Positions 48,986 to 59,764 of a stretch of DNA of 64,000 bases are shown piece by piece (positions within the stretch are counted from its first letter, which is position 1; the number at the start of each line of letters is the position of its first letter). The stretch comes from Spirochaetia bacterium. Lineage in GTDB: Bacteria; Spirochaetota; Spirochaetia; UBA9216. The stretch is taken from the NCBI GenBank assembly GCA_963675665.1, contig OY776510.1:2752001-2816000 (forward strand). The letters run 5' to 3'. The position numbers and the translations under genes were made by a program. Under the pieces are notes generated by a model that saw only the letters and a list, made by a program, of their open reading frames with translations, was not told the origin of the DNA and searched no databases.

Positions 48986-51090
48986 TAATTTTCTCCCAGT
49001 TTAATTTTTTCTTTTTCCAGTTTTTCTATTTGAGCTGCAATAGCAGCCTTTTCTTCATCGGCGCATTTTGGGCAGTTGAAATGTTCGCCGTTCAGATAGC
49101 CATGTTTCGGACAGACTGAAAAGGTCGGCGATATTGTAAAAAACGGCAAATGATAGTTCGATGCAATGGTTTTTACAAGGTTCATGCAGGATTCCCAGTC
49201 TTCTACAGCTTCGCCGAGGAAGCCGTGGAACATTGTTCCGCCGGTATACTTCACCTGCAGTTCGTCCTGCAGATCCAGGGCCTCAAAGATATCGGCCGTA
49301 AAATCAACAGGCAGCTGCGACGAGTTGGTATAAAACGGCGCGTCTGTGCCTGAAGTAATTATGTCGGGGTATTTGTCCCTGTCGTGTTTGGCCAGCCGGT
49401 AACTGGTGCTCTCTGCCGGAGATGCTTCAAGGTTGTAAAGATCTCCTGTTTTTTCCTGGTAATCAGCAAGGCGGTTCCTCATGAAATCCAGAACCTCAAG
49501 TGCAAAATCCCTTCCTTCGTCGGCGACAATGTCCTTGCCGAGGAAATTAAGAAGCGCTTCATTCATGCCGCAAATGCCGATTGTCGAAAAGTGATTATTC
49601 AGGTGGGAAAGATATCGTTTTGTATACGGAAACAGCCCTGCTTCCATCAGCCTGTTGATAACCTTGCGTTTGATCTGCAGCGATTCGGCGGCAAGGTCCA
49701 TCAGGTTGGCAAGCCTGCTGTAAAAATCCTGTTTCGAATTGGCAAGATAGCCTATTTTGGGCAGATTAAGCGTGACTACACCTATTGAACCGGTAAATTC
49801 ATCTGAACCGAACAGACCTCCGCCCCGTTTGCGAAGTTCCCGCTTGTCAAGCTGAAGTCTGCAGCACATTGAGCGCACGTCGTTCGGATCAAGATCGGAA
49901 TTAATGAAGTTCTGGAAATTCGGAGTGCCGTATTTTGCGGTCATTTCAAAAAGCAGTTTGGAATTCTGGGTAGTCCAGTTGAAATCGCGCGTGAGGTTGT
50001 AGGTAGGGATAGGGTACTGAAATCCACGGCCGTTTGCATCACCGGTGAGCATGAGTTCAATAAATGCCTTGTTTATGATGTCCATCTCTTCCTGGCAGTC
50101 GCCGTAAGTGAAATCAAGTTCTTTTCCGCCGACTATAGCTTTTTTATCCTCAAGATCATGCGGGACCGTCCAGTCGAGAGTAATATTGGTGAAAGGAGCC
50201 TGGCTTCCCCACCTTGATGGTGTGTTAACGCCGAATATAAAACTTTGCAGCCCCTGTTTGACTTCCTTGAAGGAAAGCTGATCGGATTTTACAAAGGGTG
50301 CAAGGTATGTGTCGAAGCTCGACAGCGCCTGAGCGCCCGCCCATTCATTCTGCATTATGCCCAGAAAATTAACGATCTGCTGAATGAGGGTGGACAGATG
50401 GGCCGCAGGAAGCGAAGTGATTTTATCGGGCACGCCCCCCAGGCCTTCCTGGATAAGCTGCCTGAGCGACCAGCCTGCGCAATAGCCTGAAAACATGGAC
50501 AGGTCGTGAATATGGAAATCTGCATTCCTGTGTGCTTCGGATATTGCTTCGGAATAGATGTTCTTTAGCCAGTAGTTTGCCGTTATTGTCCCCGAGTTAT
50601 GAAGAATCAAGCCTCCCAGAGAGAAGTTGACGTTTGCATTCTCATTTACGCGCCAGTCGGACTGCTGAAGATAGCCGTCCATTGTTCCGTTAATATCAAG
50701 CATGAGTTTTTTCGTGTCACGCATTACCTCATGCCGGGCGCGGTAAATGATATATGCCTTGGCAATCTCAACTTCGCCTGATTCTATAAGTATCGATTCG
50801 ACAATATCCTGAATCTCTTCGATAGCGGGGGCCGAATTAGGGTGTCTCCCGCTCATGAATTCCGTCAGTGCGGTCTCTACCTTGACTGTTAAAGCCTCTA
50901 CAAGATCAAGATCTTCACTGTTTCTTGCTGCATGAATAGCCCGACCGATAGCGCTTGCAATTTTCCATCGATCGTATTTTTCAGTAGAACCGTCACGCTT
51001 AATTATCTGTCGTACGACGGATCTTTCAGCGGGCTTGTGTTCGACTCCCAGAAACTCTTTCCAGTCGTTGTCAGTCTGCCTGAAATCCAC
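48985..51090 (-). CDS. nrdD: Class III ribonucleoside-triphosphate reductase catalytic subunit lacking the glycyl-radical loop
   Basis: N-terminal ATP cone, HIHDL, GYC, QYPIPT, SMCCRL finger loop, YNLEASPAES, YTGGT, CPKHGY...CPKC zinc site, then stop. Confidence 0.95.
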   Translation of the reverse strand: MDFRQTDNDWKEFLGVEHKPAERSVVRQIIKRDGSTEKYDRWKIASAIGRAIHAARNSEDLDLVEALTVKVETALTEFMSGRHPNSAPAIEEIQDIVESILIESGEVEIAKAYIIYRARHEVMRDTKKLMLDINGTMDGYLQQSDWRVNENANVNFSLGGLILHNSGTITANYWLKNIYSEAISEAHRNADFHIHDLSMFSGYCAGWSLRQLIQEGLGGVPDKITSLPAAHLSTLIQQIVNFLGIMQNEWAGAQALSSFDTYLAPFVKSDQLSFKEVKQGLQSFIFGVNTPSRWGSQAPFTNITLDWTVPHDLEDKKAIVGGKELDFTYGDCQEEMDIINKAFIELMLTGDANGRGFQYPIPTYNLTRDFNWTTQNSKLLFEMTAKYGTPNFQNFINSDLDPNDVRSMCCRLQLDKRELRKRGGGLFGSDEFTGSIGVVTLNLPKIGYLANSKQDFYSRLANLMDLAAESLQIKRKVINRLMEAGLFPYTKRYLSHLNNHFSTIGICGMNEALLNFLGKDIVADEGRDFALEVLDFMRNRLADYQEKTGDLYNLEASPAESTSYRLAKHDRDKYPDIITSGTDAPFYTNSSQLPVDFTADIFEALDLQDELQVKYTGGTMFHGFLGEAVEDWESCMNLVKTIASNYHLPFFTISPTFSVCPKHGYLNGEHFNCPKCADEEKAAIAAQIEKLEKEKIKLGEN

Positions 51091-51113
51091 AGATACCTCC
51101 CAGTATGTTTTTA

Positions 51114-51566
51114 TTATTTAAGCTTTTTAATCTCATCAATGAATTCCTGTACATCGCCGTAAGAACGATAGACTGATGCAAAACGAATATACGCCACACT
51201 GTCTATCCTGTAAAGTTTTTCAAGTACAATCTCACCGAGCTCTGCAGCCAAGATTTCATGTGTACTCTTTCCAATCATATAAGCCTGATCCTCGATATCT
51301 GCAAGAATTTCGCTGACTGTTTCGGCGGAAACAGGTCTTTTTTCAAGCGAACGCTCAAGCCCCCTCGAAATCTTGGTAATATCGAAAACTTCCCTGATGC
51401 CGCTGCGTTTTACAACCATCAGAGGGCGTTCTTCAATCCTCTCATAAGAAGTAAATCTGTATGAGCAGGCGCAGCATTCACGTCTTCTTCTGATTGAGGT
51501 TCCTGACGATGATTGTCTGGATTCTATAACTTTATCGTTATCTTCTCCGCACCGCGGGCATCTCAT
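51114..51566 (-). CDS. nrdR: Transcriptional repressor NrdR
   Basis: MRCPRC, IRRRREC..C..RFTSYE, ATP cone, AYIRFASVY. Confidence 0.97.
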   Translation of the reverse strand: MRCPRCGEDNDKVIESRQSSSGTSIRRRRECCACSYRFTSYERIEERPLMVVKRSGIREVFDITKISRGLERSLEKRPVSAETVSEILADIEDQAYMIGKSTHEILAAELGEIVLEKLYRIDSVAYIRFASVYRSYGDVQEFIDEIKKLK

Positions 51567-51602
51567 TTAATTAATCCTCTATTTTTATAATCGGATAAAA
51601 CA

Positions 51603-51661
51603 GCTCTACATATAGTGTTTTTAGACGATATGTTGACATTTTACCACGCAATATATGGTGT
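51603..51661. promoter_or_regulatory. Tandem NrdR boxes upstream of nrdR-nrdD operon
   Basis: GCTCTACATATAGTGT (51603-51618) and ACGCAATATATGGTGT (51646-51661) fit acaCwAtATaTwGtgt. A weaker copy lies at 51623-51638. Confidence 0.78.
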
Positions 51662-51821
51662 GGCAATGATCAGGGACGTAAAAAATCCAAAAAACGGAAA
51701 AATAAATTCGGGGTCGAAGGCGAATACAAAAAGGATAACCTTTTAATTATTGCACATCGCTGCGGGGATTTCAGGAAAAAAGAAAAAAGTTTTTAAAAAA
51801 ATTATTCAGCTTTTATTTCGG

Positions 51822-53438
51822 TCAAACAAGGGCTTTCGCCGAGCTCTCAAAGGCGGTGGAAGCAGGTCTGAACGGAAAACCGACAACAATTCCAAGGCCG
51901 CTGTTTATTGAATTATGAAGAAAGGTTGAAAGAAGTTTCAGATAAACATCCTTCTGAATTCCTTCGGCATTGTTAAAAAGAAGGCCTGCAATATTGAATG
52001 TTTCAACGACTGCGGCAATCTGCCTGAGCACAACAGGAAATAGAACGTCTATAAGTCTGAGATATTCCTTTTTATATGATGATTCCTCTTTTACCAGCTG
52101 AAGAATCTGGCTGTGCTTGTCGCGGATCTCTTCGCCGCGGTTGTTTGTTCTGACGGGTATAAATCCTTTAATGAGATCAGTAACGGTTTTTGATGAAAAT
52201 AATTTATAAAGCGAAAAGTCGAACAGAAGCAGCCCGGCAGTGCTTTTTATATATGTATTGTGATTGTTGCGTTCAGAGTGCAGGACCTCCAGCAGTCTGC
52301 TCAGGCGCTTATCAACCGCCTTAAGGCTTGTGGAGTCCGGGTTGGAAAAGAACAGTCTTGTAGAGTTACTCTGATCATCTACAGCAATTTTAAGCTGCGC
52401 TGAAGTTTTTATAAGTTCGGACATCAGTGCGTCTGCATGGAGCGATTCAATAAGCGCGGTAATCCTCTTTTTTTCTTCGTCCGAAAAGACATTCAGACCG
52501 CCGTTGACGATTTCGCTGAAATAATTTTCGGAACTGCGAAGAGTATTCGTATTCATGATAATGAAAATATATTCCGACAGTTTTCTGAAGGTGGTTTCAA
52601 TATCCCTGATATACGGATTGAGGTGGAGATAATGCCTTATCAGGCTTCCGGAAGGGCCCGGCAGAGATGCTGAAAAAGACAATTCGTCAATACGCTGTTC
52701 GATAAGAAAATCGAGTCTTTCACTCATTTGCGCAAGGATATTTACAGTTAAAGACGGATTGCTCTGAAGCAAATCCATAGCCGGATCATTCGGAATATAG
52801 GCAGCATCAGTCATACTTATTCGGGAAAAATCAAATTTATCTTCATCCGGGACGTTTTTATTATAGTTTCCCGGAAGATCATGGGGATCAAAGCCGGCTG
52901 TTGTTATTCCGGCGTATTTATTATGCCAGAGAAGATACTCAAGCTCGTTTCCACTGCTGTGGGCCTGTTTTATATAGTAACCTGAGGCGGTGTGCGAGGT
53001 GGGTTCATCGTTTGTAACAATAACAAGTTTCCCCGTATATTGCAGAAAAACAAGGTTTTCCTCATAAAGGCTGCCGGCCGGAAGATCCAGAATCAGTTTA
53101 TCGTATTCCGTTTCAAGTTCCGGGCTGAATTTAACAAGTTTTTCGTAAGAACCTGATTCCCTGTTTTCAAGAATTGAATCGGGAAAGATTAAATCCAGAT
53201 TCGGAAGGACACGTATCCGGTGCGAGTTAAAATCATCACTATCATCGGTTAATTCTGCGTTTCCCGCCTCGGTTATATCCAGAAGAGTGGCAATATCGGA
53301 AAGCGGATCAAGATCTATCAACCCGGTTTTAAGCCCGCTTCGGGCAAAGTAAACAGCAAGATTCACGCATGTTGTGGTTTTCCCGACGCCGCCCTTTCCA
53401 GAAGCAACAGCTATTGATTTGGTTTTAATAGAATCCAT
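51822..53438 (-). CDS. MinD/ParA-family ATPase with long C-terminal extension
   Basis: [10 protein letters not shown] deviant Walker A, IDLDP, ILDLP. About 300 extra helical residues. Confidence 0.8.
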   Translation of the reverse strand: MDSIKTKSIAVASGKGGVGKTTTCVNLAVYFARSGLKTGLIDLDPLSDIATLLDITEAGNAELTDDSDDFNSHRIRVLPNLDLIFPDSILENRESGSYEKLVKFSPELETEYDKLILDLPAGSLYEENLVFLQYTGKLVIVTNDEPTSHTASGYYIKQAHSSGNELEYLLWHNKYAGITTAGFDPHDLPGNYNKNVPDEDKFDFSRISMTDAAYIPNDPAMDLLQSNPSLTVNILAQMSERLDFLIEQRIDELSFSASLPGPSGSLIRHYLHLNPYIRDIETTFRKLSEYIFIIMNTNTLRSSENYFSEIVNGGLNVFSDEEKKRITALIESLHADALMSELIKTSAQLKIAVDDQSNSTRLFFSNPDSTSLKAVDKRLSRLLEVLHSERNNHNTYIKSTAGLLLFDFSLYKLFSSKTVTDLIKGFIPVRTNNRGEEIRDKHSQILQLVKEESSYKKEYLRLIDVLFPVVLRQIAAVVETFNIAGLLFNNAEGIQKDVYLKLLSTFLHNSINSGLGIVVGFPFRPASTAFESSAKALV

Positions 53439-53583
53439 TATCCCCTCCGATGAAATTGAGTTCCGGACAGACCATAGTAAATCTCTAATAACCCTGAAGT
53501 GGGGTTATTAGAGATACTCCATATTTTATTATCGGTACGGAAAACTGCTTTTTTCAGTTAAGCTTTTATATTATAATATCCTT

Positions 53584-54753
53584 ATGAGAAAATTTATCGG
53601 GGTTTTGATGATTCTGATACTATGTGTTCCGGTTCTGATTGCTGCAGATGCAGATGTCTCTGCAGATTCGGTGTCGGTGTATTCCGGGGCTTCCGCTGGA
53701 AAAGCCGGCCGGGCGCTTGACCGTCAAAATGTTCTGGAAATCTCACTTGAAGAGTTTCTCGGCAGCAGATCTGTTCGTACGGGTTCAGACGGTATTGCCA
53801 CGGCGATAATCGTTGACGAAAAGGTTAAAAATGCAGTTGAAAAGCTTCTGGATAAAAGTGATTACACGATTATCGAGGGGTCGGTTTTGGCCCGTAATTC
53901 GGATTATGATCGTGTAACATACAGTTTTATCTGGGAACAGTACGGGTTCGAGATTGAATTTGCCTTTGAGAAGGCCGACAAACTCCTGCTGGCCGAAATA
54001 GAAAAGGTATACGGTGATGACGCCTGGCTTTACGGCGAGTTGATGCGCAGTTATGATGACAATTACGTAATAAGGGTTTTTAAAGCGGAAAACCTGATTG
54101 ATCCTGAAGAGGATAAAATAGATTTTATCGAAGCAATGATATCGGCAACAGTAATAGGAAGTACTTTTCAGCCTTTGCTGGGCATTCACGACGGATTGGG
54201 AGTTCTTGATGATCTCGGGCTTGCCGTTGCAAGAAGCGACGTTATCGAGAGTGATGACTATATCGAATATCGCAGGTATGAATCGAACTCTGAAGAGCTG
54301 CAGTCGTTTATGCACACAATTAATGGTATGAGCGGTGATTTTATCGATAATCTTTACTCTTCCGTCGCCAGTATCAGTAAAAAGCATTCGGAGGATAACA
54401 AAATTCTGCTTCCGGAGGATTTTTTCAGTATGCGTGAGGGCGACAACACCGATTTTGCCTTTTTTTATTACGATATACTGAAACGAAACGGTTATCAGGT
54501 GAAATTTGTTGTAATTGATTCAGGCAGCGGAGAACTTTACAGTACGGTTTTTTTCAGAGAAAAGGGTACGGATCTCTGGGGCATAATTGACGGGAACACC
54601 CTGGAACGTGAAACGGCTGAAAACTGGCGCAGGCTTCCCGCACTTGTTTTTACTGCATCGGTTCAGTATTTTGAACCGGATTTGGAAGATATAATCGCGA
54701 AAGGAAAGATTGACCTGCCGTTGCCGTCCGCCTGGAATTCTTCGCTGTATTAA
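53584..54753 (+). CDS. Secreted acidic hypothetical protein
   Basis: N-terminal signal peptide, 389 aa. C-terminal part loosely resembles a transglutaminase-like fold. Confidence 0.7.
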   Translation: MRKFIGVLMILILCVPVLIAADADVSADSVSVYSGASAGKAGRALDRQNVLEISLEEFLGSRSVRTGSDGIATAIIVDEKVKNAVEKLLDKSDYTIIEGSVLARNSDYDRVTYSFIWEQYGFEIEFAFEKADKLLLAEIEKVYGDDAWLYGELMRSYDDNYVIRVFKAENLIDPEEDKIDFIEAMISATVIGSTFQPLLGIHDGLGVLDDLGLAVARSDVIESDDYIEYRRYESNSEELQSFMHTINGMSGDFIDNLYSSVASISKKHSEDNKILLPEDFFSMREGDNTDFAFFYYDILKRNGYQVKFVVIDSGSGELYSTVFFREKGTDLWGIIDGNTLERETAENWRRLPALVFTASVQYFEPDLEDIIAKGKIDLPLPSAWNSSLY

Positions 54754-54763
54754 AGGACCATAA

Positions 54764-55636
54764 ATGGATAACTATTCGCTGAAACTGTTTCTTACCCTGG
54801 CTGAAAATCTTCATTTCGGCCGGACAAGCCAGCTGTGCAACATAAGCCGCTCTGCTTTAAGCCGGCAGATACAGAGGCTTGAAGATGAGGTGGGTCAGAA
54901 GCTGTTTGAGCGTGATAACAGAATGGTTTCGCTTACGACAGCAGGCGTCAGGTTTGCCGAATATGCTTCACAGGCAGTTGATCTCTGGAAGGAGATGAAT
55001 GAAGAGCTGCTCGAGGAGAAAACGGTTTTGAAAGGTGAGCTGAGTCTCTATTGTTCAGTCACTGCATGCTACAGTATTCTGCCCGACATTCTGACGAAAT
55101 TCCGGCGTAAATATCCCGAAATACATATAAAACTGAAAACCGGAGACGCTGCTGTTGCCGTTTCAAATGTTCAGGAAGGCAAGAATGATATTGCCATTGC
55201 AGCGAAACCCGACAGGCTTGCGTCAAGTATCGGTTTCAGGCAGATCACGGAAACTCCGCTGGTTTTTATTGTCCCGACCTGCGACTGGGCTTTTTCAGGA
55301 TATCTACCGGAAGACCTGCCCTGGGACAGGGTTCCCATGATCCTACCGGAGCGTGAACTTGCAAGACGAAGAATAGACCTGTGGTTCAGGGGGAAGGGGA
55401 TACGGCCCAATGTATACGCACAGGTGTCGGGTAATGAGGCAATCCTGGCAATGGTAAACCTGGGATGCGGCGCCGGAGTAATTCCGGAACTTGTGTTTGA
55501 TAAAAGACCGTTCGAGGTGGATGTCCGGCCCATAAAAGTAACGCCTCCGCTGAAACCCTATTCAGTAGGGCTTTGTGTTCAGCAGAGGCGGTTGAATTCG
55601 CCGTTGATAAAAGCTTTCTGGCAGATAATCAGGTAG
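54764..55636 (+). CDS. ilvY: LysR family regulator, IlvY-like
   Basis: LHFGRTS..CNISRSALSRQIQRLE, LYCSVTACYS, KTGDA, PNVYAQVSGNEAI. Confidence 0.82.
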   Translation: MDNYSLKLFLTLAENLHFGRTSQLCNISRSALSRQIQRLEDEVGQKLFERDNRMVSLTTAGVRFAEYASQAVDLWKEMNEELLEEKTVLKGELSLYCSVTACYSILPDILTKFRRKYPEIHIKLKTGDAAVAVSNVQEGKNDIAIAAKPDRLASSIGFRQITETPLVFIVPTCDWAFSGYLPEDLPWDRVPMILPERELARRRIDLWFRGKGIRPNVYAQVSGNEAILAMVNLGCGAGVIPELVFDKRPFEVDVRPIKVTPPLKPYSVGLCVQQRRLNSPLIKAFWQIIR

Positions 55637-57626
55637 CCGGTTCAGATTCGGAGTCTTTGCCGCTGTCGGCAGAACTCTCTTTTTGAATTCCTGCTATTGC
55701 AAGGAATTCGGCTGCGGATATGGTTTCCTGGTCAAGCAGCCTGATTGTGATTTTTTCAAGGATATCCTTTTTGTCTCGAAGCATATTCAAAACCCTTTCA
55801 TAGCTGCTGCTGATAATGCGGGCTACTTCCTCGTCAACATACTGCTGCGTGGTCTCGGAATATTCGCGTGAAGACATCCCGGATTCCTGACCCAGAAAAC
55901 TGGCGGCCCGTTTTGTAAGAACCATATTCTCAAATTTATCACTCATGCCGAATTCCGTTATCAGGCTGCGGGCTATATCGGTCGCACGCGTTATATCGTT
56001 TGCCGCGCCGGTTGAAACTTCGTTAAAAATAATTTCTTCGGCAGCCCGCCCCCCGAGCAGCACGTCAATCTTGCCGAGCAGCTCGTCTTTGGTCATCAGA
56101 AAACGGTCTTCGGTAGGCGTCTGAATAGTATATCCCAGGGCCCCTATTCCACGGGGGATAATACTGATTTTCTGTACCGGATCAGAACCTTCGGTGAGCG
56201 CGGCAGTCAGGGCATGTCCGGTTTCGTGATAGGCTACTATTTTACGCTCTTTTTTGTTGATCAGCTTGTTCTTTTTCTGAAGCCCCGCAATGGCTTTTTC
56301 GATTGCTTCTTCGAGGTCCTGCTGTTCAACTTCTTTTCTTCCGGCCCTTACAGCCAGCAGAGCGCTTTCGTTGATTATGTTTGCAAGATCGGCTCCGACA
56401 AAGCCCGATGTGGCTTTTGCTATTTCATGCAGATCTACATTGCCGCCCATCTTTACATCAGTTGAATGAATTCTCAGAATTGCTTCCCGTCCGGTCAGGT
56501 CCGGTTTGTCGACTACAACCTGGCGGTCGAAACGTCCGGGTCTGAGCAGGGCCGCATCAAGAACTTCCGGCCTGTTCGTAGCGCCCAGGATAATAACTCC
56601 CGATTTTGCGCTGAATCCGTCCATTTCCACAAGCAGCTGGTTAAGCGTCTGTTCGCGTTCGTCGTTGCCCGCGGCAACGTTAAGACGGCTTTTACCTATT
56701 GCGTCCAGTTCGTCGATGAAAATAATACAGGGAGCTTTTTCCCTGGCCTGTTTGAACAGATCCCGTACCCGGGCTGCTCCCACGCCGACAAACATTTCGA
56801 CAAAATCGGCGCCGCTTATCCTGAAAAACGGTACGCCGGCGCTGCCTGCTACCGCTCTTGCCAGCAGGGTTTTTCCTGTTCCCGGGCTTCCGACCAGCAG
56901 TACTCCCTTGGGAATCTTGCCGCCGATATCCAGGTACTTCTTGGGAGTTTTAAGGAAGTCGACAACTTCGACAAGTTCTTCCTTGGCTTCATCCGCCCCG
57001 GCTACATCATCAAATGTCGTTCCGGTGTCTCCTTCGGCAACAAGCTGGGCGTTGTTTTTTCCGAAATTCATTACACCTGAACCTGTTCCGCCCATTTTAT
57101 TGAGCATGAATCTCCATACAATAAGTATTAATGCAAACGGAATTACCCAGCCGAGAAGCGTGCTTATCATATTGCCGGTGCGTTCCGATGCCGCGCTGTA
57201 TTTAACACCCTTGCTGTCAAGAAGGGGAATAAACCCGGAATCATCTACGGGAACGGTTCTGTATATTTTTATTGTTCCTCCGGGGATTTGCCCGTCGGCT
57301 GCGGCAACGCCAAGATAGTAATCGGATCCTATCTGTACTTCGGTTATCGTGCCGTTTGAGATCAGTTCCTTGAAAGCACTGAAGGATACAAGTTCCGAGG
57401 AATTTGTACTTACAAAAGAATTAATAAGCATAATGATTATTAAAGCGGCAATAAAATACCATAAGGAAAATTTAAACTGGCCTTTATTGAATTTGAAAAT
57501 AGGCTGCTGGTGATCATGATTCGGTCCGCTCTTTTTTTTATCGCAGTCCTCATCCCAGCAATCGTCTTTTTTCTTTTTACCGGCCATGTTCAGCTCATCC
57601 TTGTCCATTTCGTCATGTGAAGGCAT
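55629..57626 (-). CDS. ftsH: ATP-dependent zinc metalloprotease FtsH
   Basis: Two TM helices, [27 protein letters not shown]. Confidence 0.97.
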   Translation of the reverse strand: MPSHDEMDKDELNMAGKKKKDDCWDEDCDKKKSGPNHDHQQPIFKFNKGQFKFSLWYFIAALIIIMLINSFVSTNSSELVSFSAFKELISNGTITEVQIGSDYYLGVAAADGQIPGGTIKIYRTVPVDDSGFIPLLDSKGVKYSAASERTGNMISTLLGWVIPFALILIVWRFMLNKMGGTGSGVMNFGKNNAQLVAEGDTGTTFDDVAGADEAKEELVEVVDFLKTPKKYLDIGGKIPKGVLLVGSPGTGKTLLARAVAGSAGVPFFRISGADFVEMFVGVGAARVRDLFKQAREKAPCIIFIDELDAIGKSRLNVAAGNDEREQTLNQLLVEMDGFSAKSGVIILGATNRPEVLDAALLRPGRFDRQVVVDKPDLTGREAILRIHSTDVKMGGNVDLHEIAKATSGFVGADLANIINESALLAVRAGRKEVEQQDLEEAIEKAIAGLQKKNKLINKKERKIVAYHETGHALTAALTEGSDPVQKISIIPRGIGALGYTIQTPTEDRFLMTKDELLGKIDVLLGGRAAEEIIFNEVSTGAANDITRATDIARSLITEFGMSDKFENMVLTKRAASFLGQESGMSSREYSETTQQYVDEEVARIISSSYERVLNMLRDKKDILEKITIRLLDQETISAAEFLAIAGIQKESSADSGKDSESEPAT

Positions 57627-57718
57627 AAATAACTCCTGTTTCTTAAAAAATAAACAGGATAACGTTCAAAGTAAAGTAAAAGAGTATAAACAGAAAATTT
57701 ATAATTGCCGCATGAATA

Positions 57719-58999
57719 TCAGGCTGTTTTGTTGAAAAAATCAGAGGCGATGGTGAAAACCTCATCAAATCCGCGGTTAACAGCCTCCCTGTCTCCTTCT
57801 GTGAGCGGAAACGGTTCTTCATGACAGTACTGGTAGGGAAAATCAAGTCGTTCCGTTTTTATATCAATATCGCCTTTAAAGCCTTTCAGTGTTCTGGATG
57901 TTGTTTCGGGCGGGAAAACGGTATCTTTTTCCAGGCCGGTTTCCATTATCATTCCGCCCGACCGTTTGAGCGAAGCTTCCCTGTGCTGCTGCATCTTGTC
58001 GTAAAAAAGAAAACTCTTAAAATTAACGATTTCGGGCAGTTCCTGAAAGAATATCTCTTTTACCCTTCTGCCCATATCCGTTACCGATTCGAAAAGGCTT
58101 CCAAGCCAGCTGAAAAGTTCGACATATGCTTCCTTGTCTATTATAGTTCTGCTGACCGGATCGGCAGTATCCAGGGCTGCCCCTCCGCAGAAAAGAAATG
58201 CCTTTGAGTCGGAAAAGTAGCTGTTAAAGTTACTTGTAAGAAGGACCTCGGTCAGAGATGCTCCTATTGAATATGAAAAGAAATCGAAACGGCAGTTTTT
58301 ATTGATAAACGGATGGCTGCCGAGTCTTATTTCATCAATAAACCTGATTATATCGTAATAGGTTTGCATTCCTGAAGAAAAGAACCGGTGGGGCGCAAAC
58401 TGGATTCTGTGGCTGATTGCGGCATTTACAAAACTTGTTTCGCCGCCTTCGGCTACAAACTTTTTCCTTTCGGCGGCTACCCGTATCATATCGCGGGGGC
58501 TGCTCCATGCTTCAGGGGCCCGGTTCATATGAAACGCAATAGGAAAGAGTATTACCGGCGAATCAGTTTCTTCCATTATCCGGAGAGCCCAGGGCAGGTA
58601 TTTTGTCCAGTGTTTTTCATTAAGTCCGTGAAGCAGGAATACCGCATTTGAAAAGGAACGGTTTCCGGCAGGCTTGAAGATGGGAATTCTGAACTTCATG
58701 TTTTCGGTTATTTCCCGGTCGGTATATTCAAGAGCGTTAAAGATAAAGTCATTGCTGTATTTATTGTTGCTGCAATAGTAACGCAGCAGAGATTTAAAAG
58801 TATTTCCTTTGCTTGCATAGTCTCCAGTTTCGGGGTAGACAAAATCAGCCTTGCTCAGGAAAGGGCAGGACACCAGTTCAAAATCCCGGTGACCATTCAG
58901 GCTTATGCATTTTTCGGTGATATTTAAATCAAAATCAGAAGCCAGCGCCCTGAAATCATATATGTAATCAGTTTTCATCTGTTTCTCCTCTGTTGACAC
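57719..58999 (-). CDS. Alpha/beta-hydrolase-like protein (DUF6051-like)
   Basis: LLHGLNE..W.KY, LFPIAFHMNR, FSYSIG, FLFCGG, HEEPFP. Confidence 0.75.
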   Translation of the reverse strand: MSTEEKQMKTDYIYDFRALASDFDLNITEKCISLNGHRDFELVSCPFLSKADFVYPETGDYASKGNTFKSLLRYYCSNNKYSNDFIFNALEYTDREITENMKFRIPIFKPAGNRSFSNAVFLLHGLNEKHWTKYLPWALRIMEETDSPVILFPIAFHMNRAPEAWSSPRDMIRVAAERKKFVAEGGETSFVNAAISHRIQFAPHRFFSSGMQTYYDIIRFIDEIRLGSHPFINKNCRFDFFSYSIGASLTEVLLTSNFNSYFSDSKAFLFCGGAALDTADPVSRTIIDKEAYVELFSWLGSLFESVTDMGRRVKEIFFQELPEIVNFKSFLFYDKMQQHREASLKRSGGMIMETGLEKDTVFPPETTSRTLKGFKGDIDIKTERLDFPYQYCHEEPFPLTEGDREAVNRGFDEVFTIASDFFNKTA

Positions 59000-59684
59000 G
59001 CTTTTTGTTTTTTTCTTTCAGTGCGGATATCTGTTTTCGCTGCTTTTTCAAAAGGTCTTCCCATCTCCTGATTCCGTTTTTAAGCTGCCCGGTTTTTTTA
59101 AAAAGAAGTTGAATCTCATTCTCCATGGCTTCGAGTTTAAAATCTACAGTCTCGGTATCGGCAACTTCCATGTTGTCCCTGATGCCTATGAAATCTCGGA
59201 AAAAATCGGAGATGGTTTTTATCTGTTCCAGGCTGTAACCGAAAAGCTGAAGATCCTTTATCAGATTACAGAAAAGAACATAGTAATCCCTGTAAAGTCT
59301 GAATCCTCCCTGACTGCGGAGATCCGGTTCGATTATACCTTTTTCTTCCCAGTGCTTAATGGTCCTCGGACTGACATCGATCTTTTCCGCAAGAGTCCCG
59401 ACAGTAAGATAACTATTTTTCTCGTTTGAGGTTTTTTTCGGGTTTTCAGACGGAAGGCCTACTTTCCTGATTATTTTTTTTATTTCCGGGTTGTCATATC
59501 CTACATCAATAAGAGATTTTATCTTTTCAATTGTTTTAAGACTTTCAATTGAAAAAATCGGGGTTGAATCGGAGGCTTTTCCGTCGGGAATGAAAATCCC
59601 GTCGGAGACCCATGCTTCGATTGTTGAAAGGGGCGTACCGCTTTTTTCAGCAAGTTCGTCGATATGAAAAAAATTGATCTTCAA
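58968..59684 (-). CDS. MerR family regulator with two HTH domains
   Basis: Two MerR-type HTH repeats (IDELAEKSG..W; VGTLAEKIDVSPRTIKHWEEKG..GGFRLY) plus coiled coil. TTG start. Confidence 0.85.
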   Translation of the reverse strand: MKINFFHIDELAEKSGTPLSTIEAWVSDGIFIPDGKASDSTPIFSIESLKTIEKIKSLIDVGYDNPEIKKIIRKVGLPSENPKKTSNEKNSYLTVGTLAEKIDVSPRTIKHWEEKGIIEPDLRSQGGFRLYRDYYVLFCNLIKDLQLFGYSLEQIKTISDFFRDFIGIRDNMEVADTETVDFKLEAMENEIQLLFKKTGQLKNGIRRWEDLLKKQRKQISALKEKNKKRVNRGETDEN

Positions 59685-59709
59685 AATGTACCTGCACGTA
59701 TACTAAATA

Positions 59710-59739
59710 TTATAACTAAACGTATACGTATAGGTTAAT
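59710..59739 (-). promoter_or_regulatory. Promoter/operator of the MerR gene
   Basis: Dyad AACGTATACGTATAGGTT (core ACGTATACGT) lies just upstream of a minus-strand TATAAT. Confidence 0.5.
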
Positions 59740-59764
59740 ATTGTTTAATATTTATGTCAAGGTC

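Noticed and set aside
48983-48990. Frameshift or sequencing error splitting nrdD
   Set aside because: A clean TAATG coupling, a dedicated SD, and extra helical segments on both sides of the split indicate two real genes.
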